Source: Octopus vulgaris
Lineage: Eukaryota
Assembly (NCBI GenBank): GCA_951406725.2
Contig: OX597818.1
Span: forward strand, 100,998,001 to 101,062,000
Direction: 5' to 3'
DNA length: 64,000 nt
The translations under genes and the position numbers were made by a program. Positions 46,395 through 60,155 of the stretch are shown in pieces; the first letter of the stretch is position 1; every line of letters starts with the position of its first letter. The notes under the pieces are model-generated. The model was given only the letters and a program-made list of their open reading frames with translations. It did not search any database and had not been told where the DNA came from.

Positions 46395-46605
46395 AGCGGG
46401 TAGCTGGAAGAATTTTTAGAACGCGGAGCATAATGCTTAGCGGTATATCGTCTTTCTGTATGTTCTGAGTTCTAATTTCGCCGAGGTCGTCTTTGCTTTT
46501 CATTATTTCAGGGTGGATATAATAATTACCTATGGAGCACTGGGATTTATGTAATCGGCTAAGTCCCCACCCCGAAATCACTGTACTTAGGCCAAAATTT
46601 CAATC
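46395..46605 (+). mobile_element. Family C SINE (second copy at ~61525-61735)
   Basis: aatgcttagcggtatatcgtc..ttctgagttctaatttcgccgaggtcgtctttgc. Confidence 0.7.
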
Positions 46606-47509
46606 AAATTTTAATTCACAATACCAGCTAGCTCTTGCGTAATATTGTCATGTCCAGATATATATATGTATATATTACCTGTTCTATATATTTTCTGGAA
46701 TGCACTTCCATTTTGAATGAAATAATTTTGCTGAAATAAAAACAAAATGAGGTGTATTATTCGACGGGATTTTGGTGATGTGAATTTTGAAATAAGATAT
46801 GTGAATGGTTTTGATGTTTGTACATGATAAATAGATACACGTTTCCATGTCTTTCTGCTCGTTTCGTTGTTCTTTGCGATGTATACTGAATAAGATACTG
46901 GCTTCGAAATACAAGTAGAACAGAAACAGGAAGAAAGGGGTGAGAGAAAGTTGTGGTGAAAGAATATATAAAACTTGCCTGTAGTATCTCGACTCTTATA
47001 TATTAACAAGAAAGTATCAAAAACGAAAGTGTTATTGTATAGGAAATATCACTGGAATTGATCAAACTTTGACATTAATTTTTAAATTCTACCATTTCCA
47101 TATTCATAGAAAGAAATGGTTTATTCGGAAATTACAGAAGTTTTAAACGCATAAAGAAAATATCTTTAAGCACAGGAAGAATTAATCATGTAAATTAGCA
47201 ACGCCATAAGAATAACAGGTATACGTGTATAACCATGGAAACAGAACTACACAAAATATACACCAGCTTGCATACATCTATTTAAGTCAAAGAGAGTTCC
47301 GAAAAATTTACTGAGGTGTGTGTGTGTGAAGAAGGATCAATACACTCGCGCAACAATATATAAAGCGTTGGTTTCTCACCAATGGTGACGTACCTAAATT
47401 TGCTTCCTCACTCGGTAACATAAGCGGTCACTTGCCATTCACTACATTCACATATGGAATTGTTGATGCAATTAAAAGCTTGATTTGTATATAAGTACAA
47501 ATGATGTAT

Positions 47510-48040
47510 ATTAAGCAACAACTAGCCCCAAAACATATTCCAATTATACAGAAAAGAGAGGATTAAACCAATTAACTGTCCACAGTCTGTCTGCTCTTTG
47601 TGAAAGGCTTCTCCGAAAAAATACAAAAGATATGCGGCCCATATGACATCAGAACAGTATTCAAGAGTAATACAACACTTTGGAAATATCTCCTTCGCGT
47701 AAAACCACCAATAGAAGACAATATGATCAAACTCTGCATGTACTCCATCCCTTGCAGCTGTGGTAGCTTATACAAAAGCCCCCTCAAAATAAGAGTAAAG
47801 GAATATCCCAAATCTGCTTCATGAGGAGATATTGATAAATCGGGTATAGTTGATCACATATGGAAAAAGGAGACCACCTCCCCATGTGGCATGAAGTTAC
47901 TATAATAGAAAGGGAACACTACTAGAAAATACGCAAGCTAAAAGAAGCAGCACCTATGCTAGGACACAACAACTTCCTAGGCAGACCGTGTACAAATATG
48001 AATAGCATATGGGAACCGGTATTAAGGAAAGATAGGAAAA
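47510..48040 (+). mobile_element. Decayed PLE (Penelope/Poseidon-like) GIY-YIG fragment
   Basis: FVKGFSEKIQKIC..DIRTVFKSNTTL..L.RVKP...MYSIPCSCGSLY..PLKIRVKE. Confidence 0.8.
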
Positions 48041-50339
48041 TATAAGAAAAACAACACAGACACACACACGCACCACACACACATACTGAGAACTTGCATT
48101 AATGTAATGATGTCGTGATCACATACAATTTCAGACGAAATCATACTCTCACACTTAATGGATGCAGAATTACATAAGTTTGGCTTTGAAATCTGTCTAG
48201 AAGTTTTCTACTAACCACTTTTCTGTAATGCATGGCACTTTTCGACAGCTTGTTTTAAACTATTAATTGCAGCACCTGGGGCCATGCAATTAATTATTAA
48301 TAATGCCTACTGTTGTGTTTCCTATGAAGAAATATCGATTTTAGTGTGAAGGGTTAAATTGCCTACCCGCTAGTTAATACTGCAGTATTGAGATAAATAT
48401 TCTTACATTTGGGGACTTTAAGCAATATATCAAGATTTTAAAATAGTAAAGATTCTTGTGTGTATTAGCATATTTTAGAGGCTTGGGAATCTTACAGAGG
48501 TATTTATTTCGAATGCTTCACTTCCTATGTAAAGCTCGTAAATGAAAATTCAATCTAACGTGAATGATGTATATTAATCCATTTAATGCATGCTGGTGAT
48601 ATATTTCTGAGTGAGAAAATGAACGTAAAAGTAGCTATCTGGAACCAGACATGCTTACACTTATATAGTTCTTGAATCCATTTCAAGAGTTTCTTGTGGA
48701 TCACATGACCTACTGAAATATTCTGAGTGTACCTAGTCGTCGATTGTGACTATGGCAACCATAAATCTTGAAATTTGTTTTCCGAAAACATGATCAAATA
48801 AGATAAAATGGAACCAAAAAGAAGATTATGTATATATGTATGTATGTATGTATATATGTATGTATGTATCTATGTACGTATGTATCTATCTAACTATCCA
48901 TCCATCTATCTCTCTGTCTACGTACATATGCATGCATAGACATATGTATACATACATACACGCACAGACACAGGCACAATTACACATACACACACAAACA
49001 TAATATACCCACACCTATATATATATATATGTGTGTGTGTGAGAGTGCGTGTGAGTCTGTACCAATCTCCCCACCCAGAAGCCGGAAGCCGAATTTACGC
49101 TAATAAGTATATTTATCCACTGATCCACTGCTGGATGCGTATTCTTGACTTTCTACCTCCTACATATGTTAACATTACAACTATTGTTTAATTACGAGCA
49201 CACCAAATTAGGTAACTGACCAGAAGTACCATACCTTGTTTATCTCTGCACTTCATAATTATGTGAATATCTGTATGTATATATATATATATATCAATGA
49301 TCATCGTCTCAATATTTTGAGATTTTGCTTTTTTCTCTCTATGTATACCTCTCACTCTATATGTTTCCATGTATGTACGTTTTATACCCATTGTCAGGAT
49401 TGCCATTCTGCAACTAAATGCCAGAGAAAATGTAATTATGGATCACGGGAAACGTTGAAATGAGAAATTCCTCTTTTCTAGACAAAGACCATTGCTGTTG
49501 AGTTACGAGATAAATATCTATATTAAGCTTAACATACATCAATTCTCCTTTTAAAAGAAGCAACTATTGATTTGGGTTTGCTTTTGTCTATACTACAAAT
49601 TATTTGTAGAAATCCAGAATTCTCCATTCTCAAATTCCCAGGCGTTTACACTGAGAGTCTAATTGATTTTTACTTCTGACTCCTTCACATAAGAATCAGA
49701 GTCAGAATCTGAAACTGTTGGAATTTACTTGAAAATATATCTTGAGAAACTTCAGTGCAGCTCAGCATGTAGTCATCTTAAACTGATACGATTCAGTTAA
49801 GACATTTCTTAGTGGAAAATGCAGGGCAACATCTTAAAGGTAACCCGACAACCCAGTGCCATTAGGTTAAGTGTCGGCACAATATGTGGTATTGATATTT
49901 ATTTTTTCGGAGGCAATAATTTGAAGCAGAAATTAGTAATTGTTTCGCTTCATATCAATATGAAATTTATGTGATATGAAAAGTGTTTGTGAAATCATTA
50001 ACGGGTTGTTTAATCATTACTGTTTGGACTCATTCTATATAGGAGGTGAGATAATACTCATCTAATTCTAAACTTTGCATTAAGTAAAGGTAAAATGTAT
50101 GTATTCTTTACGATATATCTATTTTAGTGGCGGAAAATTCTAATGGGAAAGACATAGCTAGTAATTACCATATCAAACATAAATTAGCTTAGATTATGGG
50201 ACTATCAATTCTCGTATTAGTTTGGAAAAACATATGTTTATAAAGAACCATGTATTCCTTATTCTAGGGAAAATGGTTGCGAGTAATAATCTGTACGTGA
50301 CAGAGTGAAAGACAGTTGCTTTGTTTTTATGGGGATTTT

Positions 50340-51005
50340 CGAGCCAGGAATCTATACGCGATATTTTTAGACTTAACCAAGGCCATTGACACCATTAATC
50401 GTGGGGGAATAGTTGAAGATCATGGGAAAGTTCGGCTGCCCTAAAAAATTCATGATTATAGAGTGTCAGTTTCACCACTGCATACTCGTTCGAGTATTGC
50501 ACAGTAGAGATTCTTCTGACGAATTCCCAGTCAGTAACGGAGTCAAGCATAGCTGTGTAGTCGCACCTACCCTGTTCAGCCTGACTGTTTCAGCTATGCT
50601 GTCGAATGATTTGTGCTAGGGCGACGAAACCATCGTCAAGATCACGATCTGGACTAATGACAGACCCTTCAAACTGCGGAGAATACATGCCAAGTCTAAG
50701 GTGGAATAAGACTCAGTGTACGGTTTCCTGTACAAAGACAACTGCGCACTCAACGCTGTCATAGAGGTACAGAGCATGAAGTGATTTTCCATTGCCTGCA
50801 ACAACCTTCACCTCATAATCAGTACTCAAAACGAAGAGGTCATGCAACTACCTTCCCCGCAGCAGCTTTATTTGGAACCTACTCTCACTGTCGAAGGGGA
50901 GATGCTAAAGGTTATTGATGCGTACACGTACCTCGCTATCATGTTCTCCAGATCAGGTAAACATTGACGAAGAACTCTACACATAGCCAAGCGAAGCTCA
51001 GCTTT
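50340..51005 (+). mobile_element. Decayed RTE/BovB-like RT fragment
   Basis: FLDLTKAIDTIN, KFGCPKKF, FPVSNGVKHSCVVAPTLFS, FLYKDNCAL. Confidence 0.8.
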
Positions 51006-51782
51006 AGTGTGCGTGTGTGTGTAGGGGATCATGAACTAGAGGGGGAGGAGAGACATATAAACCTCTGACAAACACCCTCGTAACTTAGACACGATAAGAT
51101 GGCTGGAGTTCGACGGTTAAATATATCAAACGTGTAAAGGAAGTATACTTGAAGGCTGATCTTCGCAGAGTTTCTTTTCCCGTAACAACGATGCCGTTCC
51201 TACATTTCACTAATAACATTATGATCATTATCAAATTCCTACGGCCTTCAGAATCTTTCCTTCTTTCAAGTAGAACATTTTCATAATCATAAATAATAGA
51301 TATTCAACAAAGCTTATCTTATTAATTATATTAACGAGTCCCGTTATATAAGCAAATAAGAAAATAATACAGGGCATTAAATACAATATAATGTTCCATA
51401 GTGGTTCATGAAACATTTACCCGGTGGCAGTCATTTTTAAACAATTTGTATATACCAATAGTCAGAAGATGGCGACACGACGAAGTATATAAATTCAGTC
51501 ACATTACAGCCGGACAGTTAAATATAATTACGTTCATCAACTTATCGATATATTGTAGAAATTATTAATGTCAATTAATATATATCTTAAGCAAACATAA
51601 CCTCATGATTTTTATTCAGACATTCCTAATTCCAATTTAATCGGATAAACACACGAATACATATATAACTGTAAGGTGTATGCATATGTGTGTGCATGAG
51701 TGACCATCCATACACATCAGAATACTGGAAATGTAACATCGTTATAATCCCCATACACATACGGACGCACACTCACATCTCC

Positions 51783-51828
<46 letters not shown>

Positions 51829-52185
51829 ATATATATATATAAACCTACTTGGATACAGATGTGTGGCGTTCAAACAAATAATAGTATAAATAATACATTT
51901 ATTTATATATGCATGTATATAGATATATATGTACATACATACATATAGATATGCTTATATGGGTAAAGGACGTCATAAAACGTAAACAACAAGAAATACG
52001 AAAATAAAGTTTAGAAAACAAGACAAGTAACATAAAAAAAGACCTTTCATCAGTTGTCGGCTGTCCTTCTACTCCTTATTTCGATCACTGAACAACAATA
52101 TAAGACTTTGAAAACAGTTACACCTGCGAGCCAAAATATAATTTGGAATTTGCGGAAGCTCATATATATATGTATCTATATATGC

Positions 52186-52246
<61 letters not shown>

Positions 52247-52272
52247 ATGTGTGTATATACATGTGAATGTAT

Positions 52273-52329
<57 letters not shown>

Positions 52330-52332
52330 TAC

Positions 52333-52419
<87 letters not shown>

Positions 52420-52501
52420 TATAAATATATTTATCTGTCTGTCTCTCTCTCTCTCTCTGTATGTTATATTAATTAGACGCTCTGTGAAGGGAGAGAGTAA
52501 A

Positions 52502-52536
52502 TGTTAATGTTTCGAGCATAACTCTTCGTCGGAACA
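52502..52536 (-). ncRNA. Degenerate minimal hammerhead-like motif
   Basis: Minus strand: TGTT-CCGACGA-A-GAGT tat GCTC-GAAA-CA-TT-AACA. Confidence 0.5.
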
Positions 52537-52884
52537 AGAAAGTCCAGAGACAAAGAACGAAAATAACGAAAAATCGCCAACAATCCCCGTGGTTACATTC
52601 TGTGTATGTGTATGAGAGTGTGTGCGTGTATGGGGTGGGGGGTTGTGTGCGCGTGTGTATGTATGTGGCGGTGGTGGGGTTGAAATACATAGATAAATTG
52701 ACAGATAAATAGATAGATAACTAGACAAATATTTGGAAGGCCTAGCTTTAGAGATGATGTAGAACAAAAAGAACATTTGGGTATATTATGAAATATTTCG
52801 TTTGTATACAATACTCAACTTCGATATACTATCGAAAAACCACGAAGCTGCAATATTCTTCTTGACACATTCTCTAGTATAGGC

Positions 52885-53069
52885 GTTTACTCTTTTACTT
52901 TTCAGTCTTTTCACTGTGGCCATGCTAGAGCACAACGTTTAGTCGAGCAAATCGACTTCAGGACTTATTCTTTGTAAGCCTAGTACTTATTCTATGGGTC
53001 ATTTTGCCGAAACGCTAAGTTACGAGGAGGTAAGTGATGTTGGGGGGACTAAAACAGACACACAAACAT

Positions 53070-53129
<60 letters not shown>

Positions 53130-53290
53130 GCATATATACGACGGAATTTTTTCAGTTTCTGTCTACTAAATCCACTCACAAGGGTTTGGTCGGCTCGAGG
53201 CTATAGTACAAGGTGCTACGCAGTTGGAATGAACCCGGAACTTTGTGGTTGGTAAGCAAGCTACTTACCACACAGCCACTCCTACGCCTT
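52885..53290 (-). mobile_element. tRNA-derived SINE, family A
   Basis: Reverse complement of the ggcgtaggagtggctgtgtggtaagtagcttgcttaccaaccac head and of the family tail. Confidence 0.85.
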
Positions 53291-54159
53291 TTTAGTGATA
53301 AAAACAACTCATAAGTGCATCAGTAGTAGAAGGAAATTCTGTAGCAGCGCTGGTAGAATTGCTTAGACGTAATTTCATACATCCATTTCAAATGCCCATG
53401 AGACAAATTTAGTTTTAACAAACACATATAATAAACAAACAAAACATGTGTACGTTGAAAACATATTTGTCGTAGATACATTAATAACTAGTCATATGAC
53501 CTGGATATGAACCTAGTCGCGAATGGGATGAAGTGCAGTGCATCCTACCAGTACTTGTATTATCAATAATTACTATGGGAATATAACTCATATTTACACG
53601 TTGCCTGAGAATCATTTAGGGATGATTCACTGACAACATGTTTTGCGAAATACTTCTAAATGTGTTGTAGAATAGTGTAAATGGGATTGTATGTGTATGA
53701 CGTAACCAAAACTTAACAATTTGCCCTCAGTAATGTCTTAATTCTCTATTGATTTTCTTCATTTTTTTTCGTAGAGTTAACACTATCATCTGTCTACTTT
53801 AGTATTGGTGAATGAGCCTGTATCTAAAAAAATAATTATAAAACTCCACAACCAAAAATTGGATAAATGCGTAATATCTGAAACTGATAAAATTAGCTAG
53901 ATAATTAGTAAATTACATCGAATATAAGAGAACAGATGTCATGCAGTTCTTGCAGTACGGTGGGTGTGCAGTGTAGAACCTCCTCGCTGCATCCACCTTT
54001 TGTTTGTGATTTCCTACTCTGGTCGGATATCACCGTTCCAATTCTTAGACAAGTCTCCAACGCGTGGTTCTGTTTGAGTAGTCACAGATTTACGTGCATT
54101 CAAAGTACTGTTTTTGTATGCACAATGACGTAATTTATATCAACATTAACGCTAGATGG

Positions 54160-54620
54160 TGCTCTAAGAAGCTTCTTCGTCATCCATAGGGTTAGGGATT
54201 CTGTCCAACTGCATGGCACCATGCATGTACGTTCTAAGATAGTCTCAAACCGACCAAAATCTCGTAAGTGGATTTGGTAGACGTAGAATGTAAGAGACCT
54301 GTCATTTATATGTAAATACACATACACACACACATGTGTGTGTATGTGCGAGCGTGTACGAGTGTGTGTGTGTGTGCAAGTGTGTACGAGTGTCTGTGTT
54401 TTTGTGCCTGTGTCTGTCCTCTCAACCGCTTTACAACCGGTACTGGTGTGTTTACATCCACGTAAGTTAACAGTTCAGAAAAAAATTCACCGATAGAATA
54501 TGTAGAAGGATTTTTAAAACAATAAGCACTATAATCGAAACATTTCGCTAAAAATAGTAGTAGGTTGTGCCCCAGTATGGCCGCACTTAAATAACTGGAT
54601 AAAGTAAAAGATAAAAGCTT
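54160..54620 (+). mobile_element. tRNA-derived SINE, family A (diverged)
   Basis: ccgaccaaaatctcgtaagtggatttggtagacg..ggtgtgtttacatcc..ccccagtatggccgca. Confidence 0.65.
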
Positions 54621-56129
54621 AGAAATAAGGATCTAAAATATCGCCAATCGTGTATGCTTATCTTCTAGTGTTATTATCTATAATTATATATCAAGCAATA
54701 TACGCACATTTCTAAATTATATATATAACAGTAAGTATAAAAGACTGATCACGAGTTATATTTCACCGCATGGTTTTTTTTAGACCAAAATTAATGGTAT
54801 TACATAAACTCAATGTCGCTATATTTTTTCTAGTCATTTATGTCAATATATTATATTATTCCTCTAATTCGCCTACTCTGCATTCCACAAAACTGAGTGT
54901 GCAAATAAATGAATAATTTAATGCATCTACCATTATTTTTAATGATGAATAATTCTGGAAACTCTCACATGATCAAACCTTCATTTTAGGAATGTTAAAT
55001 AGACGTTTCATTACTCCTTCTACCCTGGAATCGACACCGATTACTTAACGTTAATTTAGAGAATACATGCACAATGGAGAAATACTCTGACCACTGTTTG
55101 TAGCAGTGGTTTATATTTCTGTAATTAGAGATAATGACCTTAATCGCTCGTATAATATCACTAAATGAAATCAATTTTGATCACGCACAAATTCAAAATG
55201 AATGGCCTGTATATATTTAAACAGCGGCTACATATTTATAGTTATACTAGCTTGTTATAGTCAATATCATCCAAGCTTATTCTTAAGACACTCAACAATA
55301 GTACTTGCATTAATGCATTTACTCAAGTGGAGTGAAGAGTTAAATGAAAACGTTAAATATATTCCAGGCATGTGATGCAGAAAACAACAATGAACTAACT
55401 TTTTGTAATGTGTTTATGTAGCCGTGATTATTATTGGAGGGGTTTCGTTGTTACATTAAAACAATATATAATATTTTATATCAATACGGTACTATATGAA
55501 TATCTATACGGAAAATTTTAGAAAATAAAAAAAAATCTTTAATGAATTATTTCAATTGTATATATTCATGAACATGAATTTATTTAATTTTTTTAAATAA
55601 GATAAATCTGTTTTGTTTTCGTGAATGCAAAGAAACAAGCGAGCGTTGTTTTTTCCTTTATGAGAAAATATCCACAAGTTCAAAAACTGTTTACGCAGTG
55701 TTCTCTTCGTTTGTAAACTGTAGGACGTACCTCAATTTTTTCCCGATTTCACTTAGAAAAACATTCTACGAGAATTTTAAACAAAAAATATTTTTCATTT
55801 GTATAAGCGTCAATCATTTGGGACAGAAAATCATTATCTTAAATTGATATAGTCATTAATATATTTATACATCATTCAGAGAATGTGAGAATAATCTCAT
55901 TGCCATTCCCCAAAATTGAGAGGCAGTAGTTTCCTCTTTGCCAGTATCAGCTGCTTCAAGATTCAGGGTATATATCATTTTCAACCGGTCTCTTTTTTTT
56001 ATATCTTTAGACTCTCGATAATTCTGGGTGGATTTAAATCGCATGACAGACAAATAATCACACACACACACATATGTATATGCCTATATAGAATATAGGT
56101 ATATATATATATATATATATCTATATATG

Positions 56130-56647
56130 TCACGCTGGTGAGACCCATATTGGAGTATGGGATTGAAGCCTCTCTCCTTATCTCCTCAAAGACATACAGC
56201 ACCTCGAAAGAGTCCAGAGGCTGGCTACCCGCATGGTTCATGGTCTCAAAAATTTGTTCTACGAAGAAAGGCTGAGGACTTTCGACCTTTATTCTCTTGA
56301 AAAACGCCGCCGCCGTGGTGATCTCATTCTCGCCCACAACATCATAAGCGGGAAGTGTAACCTCTCGAAAGAGCTGTTCTTCACTCCTGCTCCGGAGCGT
56401 CGGCTGCGGGGTCATTCCGAAAAGCTCTACCTGCGACGATTTCATCTCAATCGAAGGAGAGGAGCTTTCTCCGTCCGGGTTGCGGATCCGTGGAACAAGC
56501 TGCCAGACGAGATGGTGAAGATGCCGACGACCGCTTTGTTCAAAGCCTCCCTGGACCTCAAGTGGCCTGAACTCTTTACATGAACACCACCCTGTACTTA
56601 ACTCCATGTCCCCCTACATGGCCTTGCTATTTTCTTTTGAGCCAAAT

Positions 56648-56681
<34 letters not shown>
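56130..56681 (+). mobile_element. CR1-clade LINE 3' fragment with (CTAA)n tail
   Basis: TLVRPILEY..LERVQR.ATRMV..YEERL..LEKRRRRGDLI..LRGH..FSVRVADPWNKLP; tail (ctaa)n at 56648-56681. Confidence 0.92.
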
Positions 56682-56682
<1 letters not shown>

Positions 56683-57143
56683 AATATATATATTTACCTA
56701 GTGGTCAGCATTTCTAAACTCATAGTTATTTCGATCTTGAAAGGATGGACTTGGTGCAAACTTAACTGTATCTATTATTATTATTATTATTATTAATATT
56801 AATAGTAATTTTATTAACTTTTATAACTTTAGAATTTTATGAACTGAACCATGGTTTTAATTTTAATTATTATTTTTCATCTCCCTATGTGTTAGTTTTT
56901 TTTAAAAAAACTTTTAGCCAAATATGTATAATATCGGTACTTATTAATATTAATATATACACTGATATATATTTTGTTTTATTTTGTTCTGCTTACCTTC
57001 CTTCATTGTACCAATGAGTATTATATTATATAAGTGTAGCATTATGATGTATAAGTTTTTATATTTTATATTTTTATATTTTTATATTTATATGTATATG
57101 ATTATATAATATTTTTCACAATTATAACAAATTTAATTTAATT

Positions 57144-57251
57144 CTCTGAAGAGGCCGTGGGGCATCCTTGTTAATGCCTCATTTATACCTGCCTTTATGG
57201 CTTATAGGTTAAATGAGGTATGACTGCCCTCACTGCCGAAACAGCTGTCAG
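57144..57251 (+). ncRNA. Type I hammerhead ribozyme with a long (~85 nt) stem II
   Basis: CT-CTGAAGA-GGC..GCC-GAAA-CAGCTG-TC-AG. Stem II pairs gtggggca/tgccctcac, atgcctcattta/taaatgaggtat, acct/aggt and gcc/ggc. Confidence 0.8.
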
Positions 57252-57439
57252 TTTTGATTTAATTGCATATTATACTTGAAATTTTTTACTTATATCTCTT
57301 TATCTTTTTACTATTACTGTATATCTCATTTTGTATAATGCCTTTACTCATATGTAATGGTGTATTAAAGTATTGATTGGGTATCATCGGATAGTTGATG
57401 TTTTATTGATTTAAGTATGTTTCTCCATTCTCTAATTTT

Positions 57440-57494
57440 GTATTATATATATATGTATATATATATATATGTATGTATATATATATATATATAT

Positions 57495-57526
<32 letters not shown>

Positions 57527-57683
57527 GTATGCATATATATATATATTTATATATGTATGTATATATATATAAATATATATATGTATGTATGCATGAATAT
57601 ATATATATATGTATATATATATATAAATATATATATATGTATGTATGCATGTATATATATATATATATATATATGAATGTGTG

Positions 57684-57731
<48 letters not shown>

Positions 57732-58020
57732 GTATGTATACGTGTATGTGTTTGCAGATGTATATACGTTAATGAATATTAATGTACCCAGAAAGACATG
57801 CAGACGGATAGTTATATAGGTAATATGAACAAACACACATACACACAAACACACAAATACAGACACATGAATATGCATAATACGTACATAAAACCGTACA
57901 CACACACATACATACATTCATACATATATACATACGCACGCACACATACATGCATTCAGAAACATACATGCATGCATACATACATACTTACATACGTACT
58001 TGTGTATGTGCACGTACACA
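57440..58020. repeat. Long compound (TA)/(TATG)/(CA) microsatellite field
   Basis: Direct reading. Confidence 0.9.
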
Positions 58021-58172
58021 GTCCCAAAGACATTCGCACAAACAAACAAAAATAACGTTACTCGGATATCAGACAATGTCAAACGACTACTGAACGGAAA
58101 TTTTAGAAAATTAAATAAGTAAATGAGTGTTTAAATAATAAGGCACTAAAGGGAAACGACTCTCCCTGAGTC

Positions 58173-58259
<87 letters not shown>

Positions 58260-58314
58260 TTTTATTGGCTAAACTGGCAAGATGACTATTCCGAACACTA
58301 TATACAACTATAAT

Positions 58315-58630
58315 CCGGATGTCACCTGATGTTTGTGACAGAACAGAGGATCTCCTCGGCAGGATCAATGACTGCAACAACAGTTGTGACCTGACAGGAT
58401 GTATGATGGGTAGCATGGATGTGGTATCCCTATACCCATTGATCGACGTAGATTTTGCGGTGGAGAAGTGCGTGGAGATGATCAACGGGAGCCAGGTGGA
58501 GTTCCGTAATGTCAACACAGAGGAACTGGGCCTCCTACTTAGACTGACATGTAACAATGGATACCTTGATAAACATAATCTTAGTAGTTTCTGCCCCAGT
58601 AGATGTTTAAGAGGTAGACCACCCACAATT
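58315..58630 (+). mobile_element. PLE reverse-transcriptase fragment (motif A region)
   Basis: GSMDVVSLYPLID resembles the PLE SxDVxSLYPxI motif. Confidence 0.7.
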
Positions 58631-59172
58631 ATTATTGCCACCATTACCACTATCATTATTACCACTACTACTATTATTACTATTACCACCACAACTATCA
58701 CAACTACCATTATTACTACTTCAACTGTTACCACCACCACTACTACTACCACTATTATTGTTATTACCGTTATTCCTACCATTGCCATTATTGCTACTTC
58801 ATTCTGATTATCGCTTGTGAATATTTTTATTGTTCCTGTTTCTGGTGTATGTGTTGTTCATATTAGTGTTGGGTTTTATGCCTGTCTGTTGGTCCCTGTC
58901 ATTCCCTCTGTTGTAGTTGTTATTTTTGTTCCTATGAGTATTGTTATATGTTTCAAGTCTACTGACTCCCTGTCCAAGGATTCTGTTGCATTCAACTTTA
59001 TTTTCCATCGTATATAGACTGATAGAGAAATTGATATTAATGTTTCGCATGGGTATGAAGATAGTGCTAAACAGTCGTTAGAACAGAATTAATTTATGCT
59101 TTACATTAAGGGAGTATATAGCGAGCAATAAGTTAATGAATGCTAAAGAACATGAGTTAGCTCATTGCCTAT

Positions 59173-59337
59173 ATTAGCTTACAGCTGTTCCTGCTATAGG
59201 AACCATTGCACTCAGAAATGAGTGAATGTGCGAAATTTTACAACTTCCTTTAATGTCTTCGAGAAATCTATTAGCAGTTGCACAAGCACCAGCTTTGAGT
59301 GCAATGGTTCTTACGCAAGAAATAGCTGTAAGCTAAT
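59173..59337. repeat. ~42-bp inverted repeat (59173-59214 / 59296-59337)
   Basis: attagcttacagctgtt..gaaccattgcactca versus tgagtgcaatggttc..aatagctgtaagctaat. Confidence 0.8.
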
Positions 59338-59449
59338 GAAGGTGATTATGTATCTCCTGTTGTTCCGTCATTCAGCAGTTTATGTATGCATGTATGTATA
59401 TGTGCGGGAATGAATGTATGTACCTATGTACACACACATATATATATAA

Positions 59450-59508
<59 letters not shown>

Positions 59509-59799
59509 GAAAATACATATATGTACTCACGCATGCATATATATATGCATGTATATAAGTACACATATATGTGTGTGTGTGTGTACAGATACCCGTTGAT
59601 GCACACGCACCCGCATACGGATACACCACACACACATACGTAAGTATACACACATTTATTTCAGTTCGAAATTAATGAAATACTTTTTGGCGCAATCTGA
59701 ATGAAATCGAGTTAAGAAAGTGTAATTATGCTAGATGAGATATTAATTTTCTTTTGTGTAGTAGCTCCTGTTATATACATTTGCTTTCTTCAGCAACTG

Positions 59800-59909
<110 letters not shown>

Positions 59910-60055
59910 TAATAATAATAATAATAATAATAATATTAATAATAATAATAAGGATAATAATCCTCTATACTATAGGAACGAGGACTGAAATTTCAGGTGG
60001 AGAAATAGTGCCAGTACTTTAGCGGTACTTATTTTATCAACCCCATAATGATGAA

Positions 60056-60155
60056 NNNNNNNNNNNNNNNNNNNNNNNNNNNNNNNNNNNNNNNNNNNNN
60101 NNNNNNNNNNNNNNNNNNNNNNNNNNNNNNNNNNNNNNNNNNNNNNNNNNNNNNN
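60056..60155. other. Assembly gap (100 N)
   Basis: Run of N. Confidence 1.

Noticed and set aside
56648-56681. (CTAA)n as an interstitial telomere
   Set aside because: The 4-mer unit sits directly at the 3' end of a CR1 fragment, consistent with a LINE tail.
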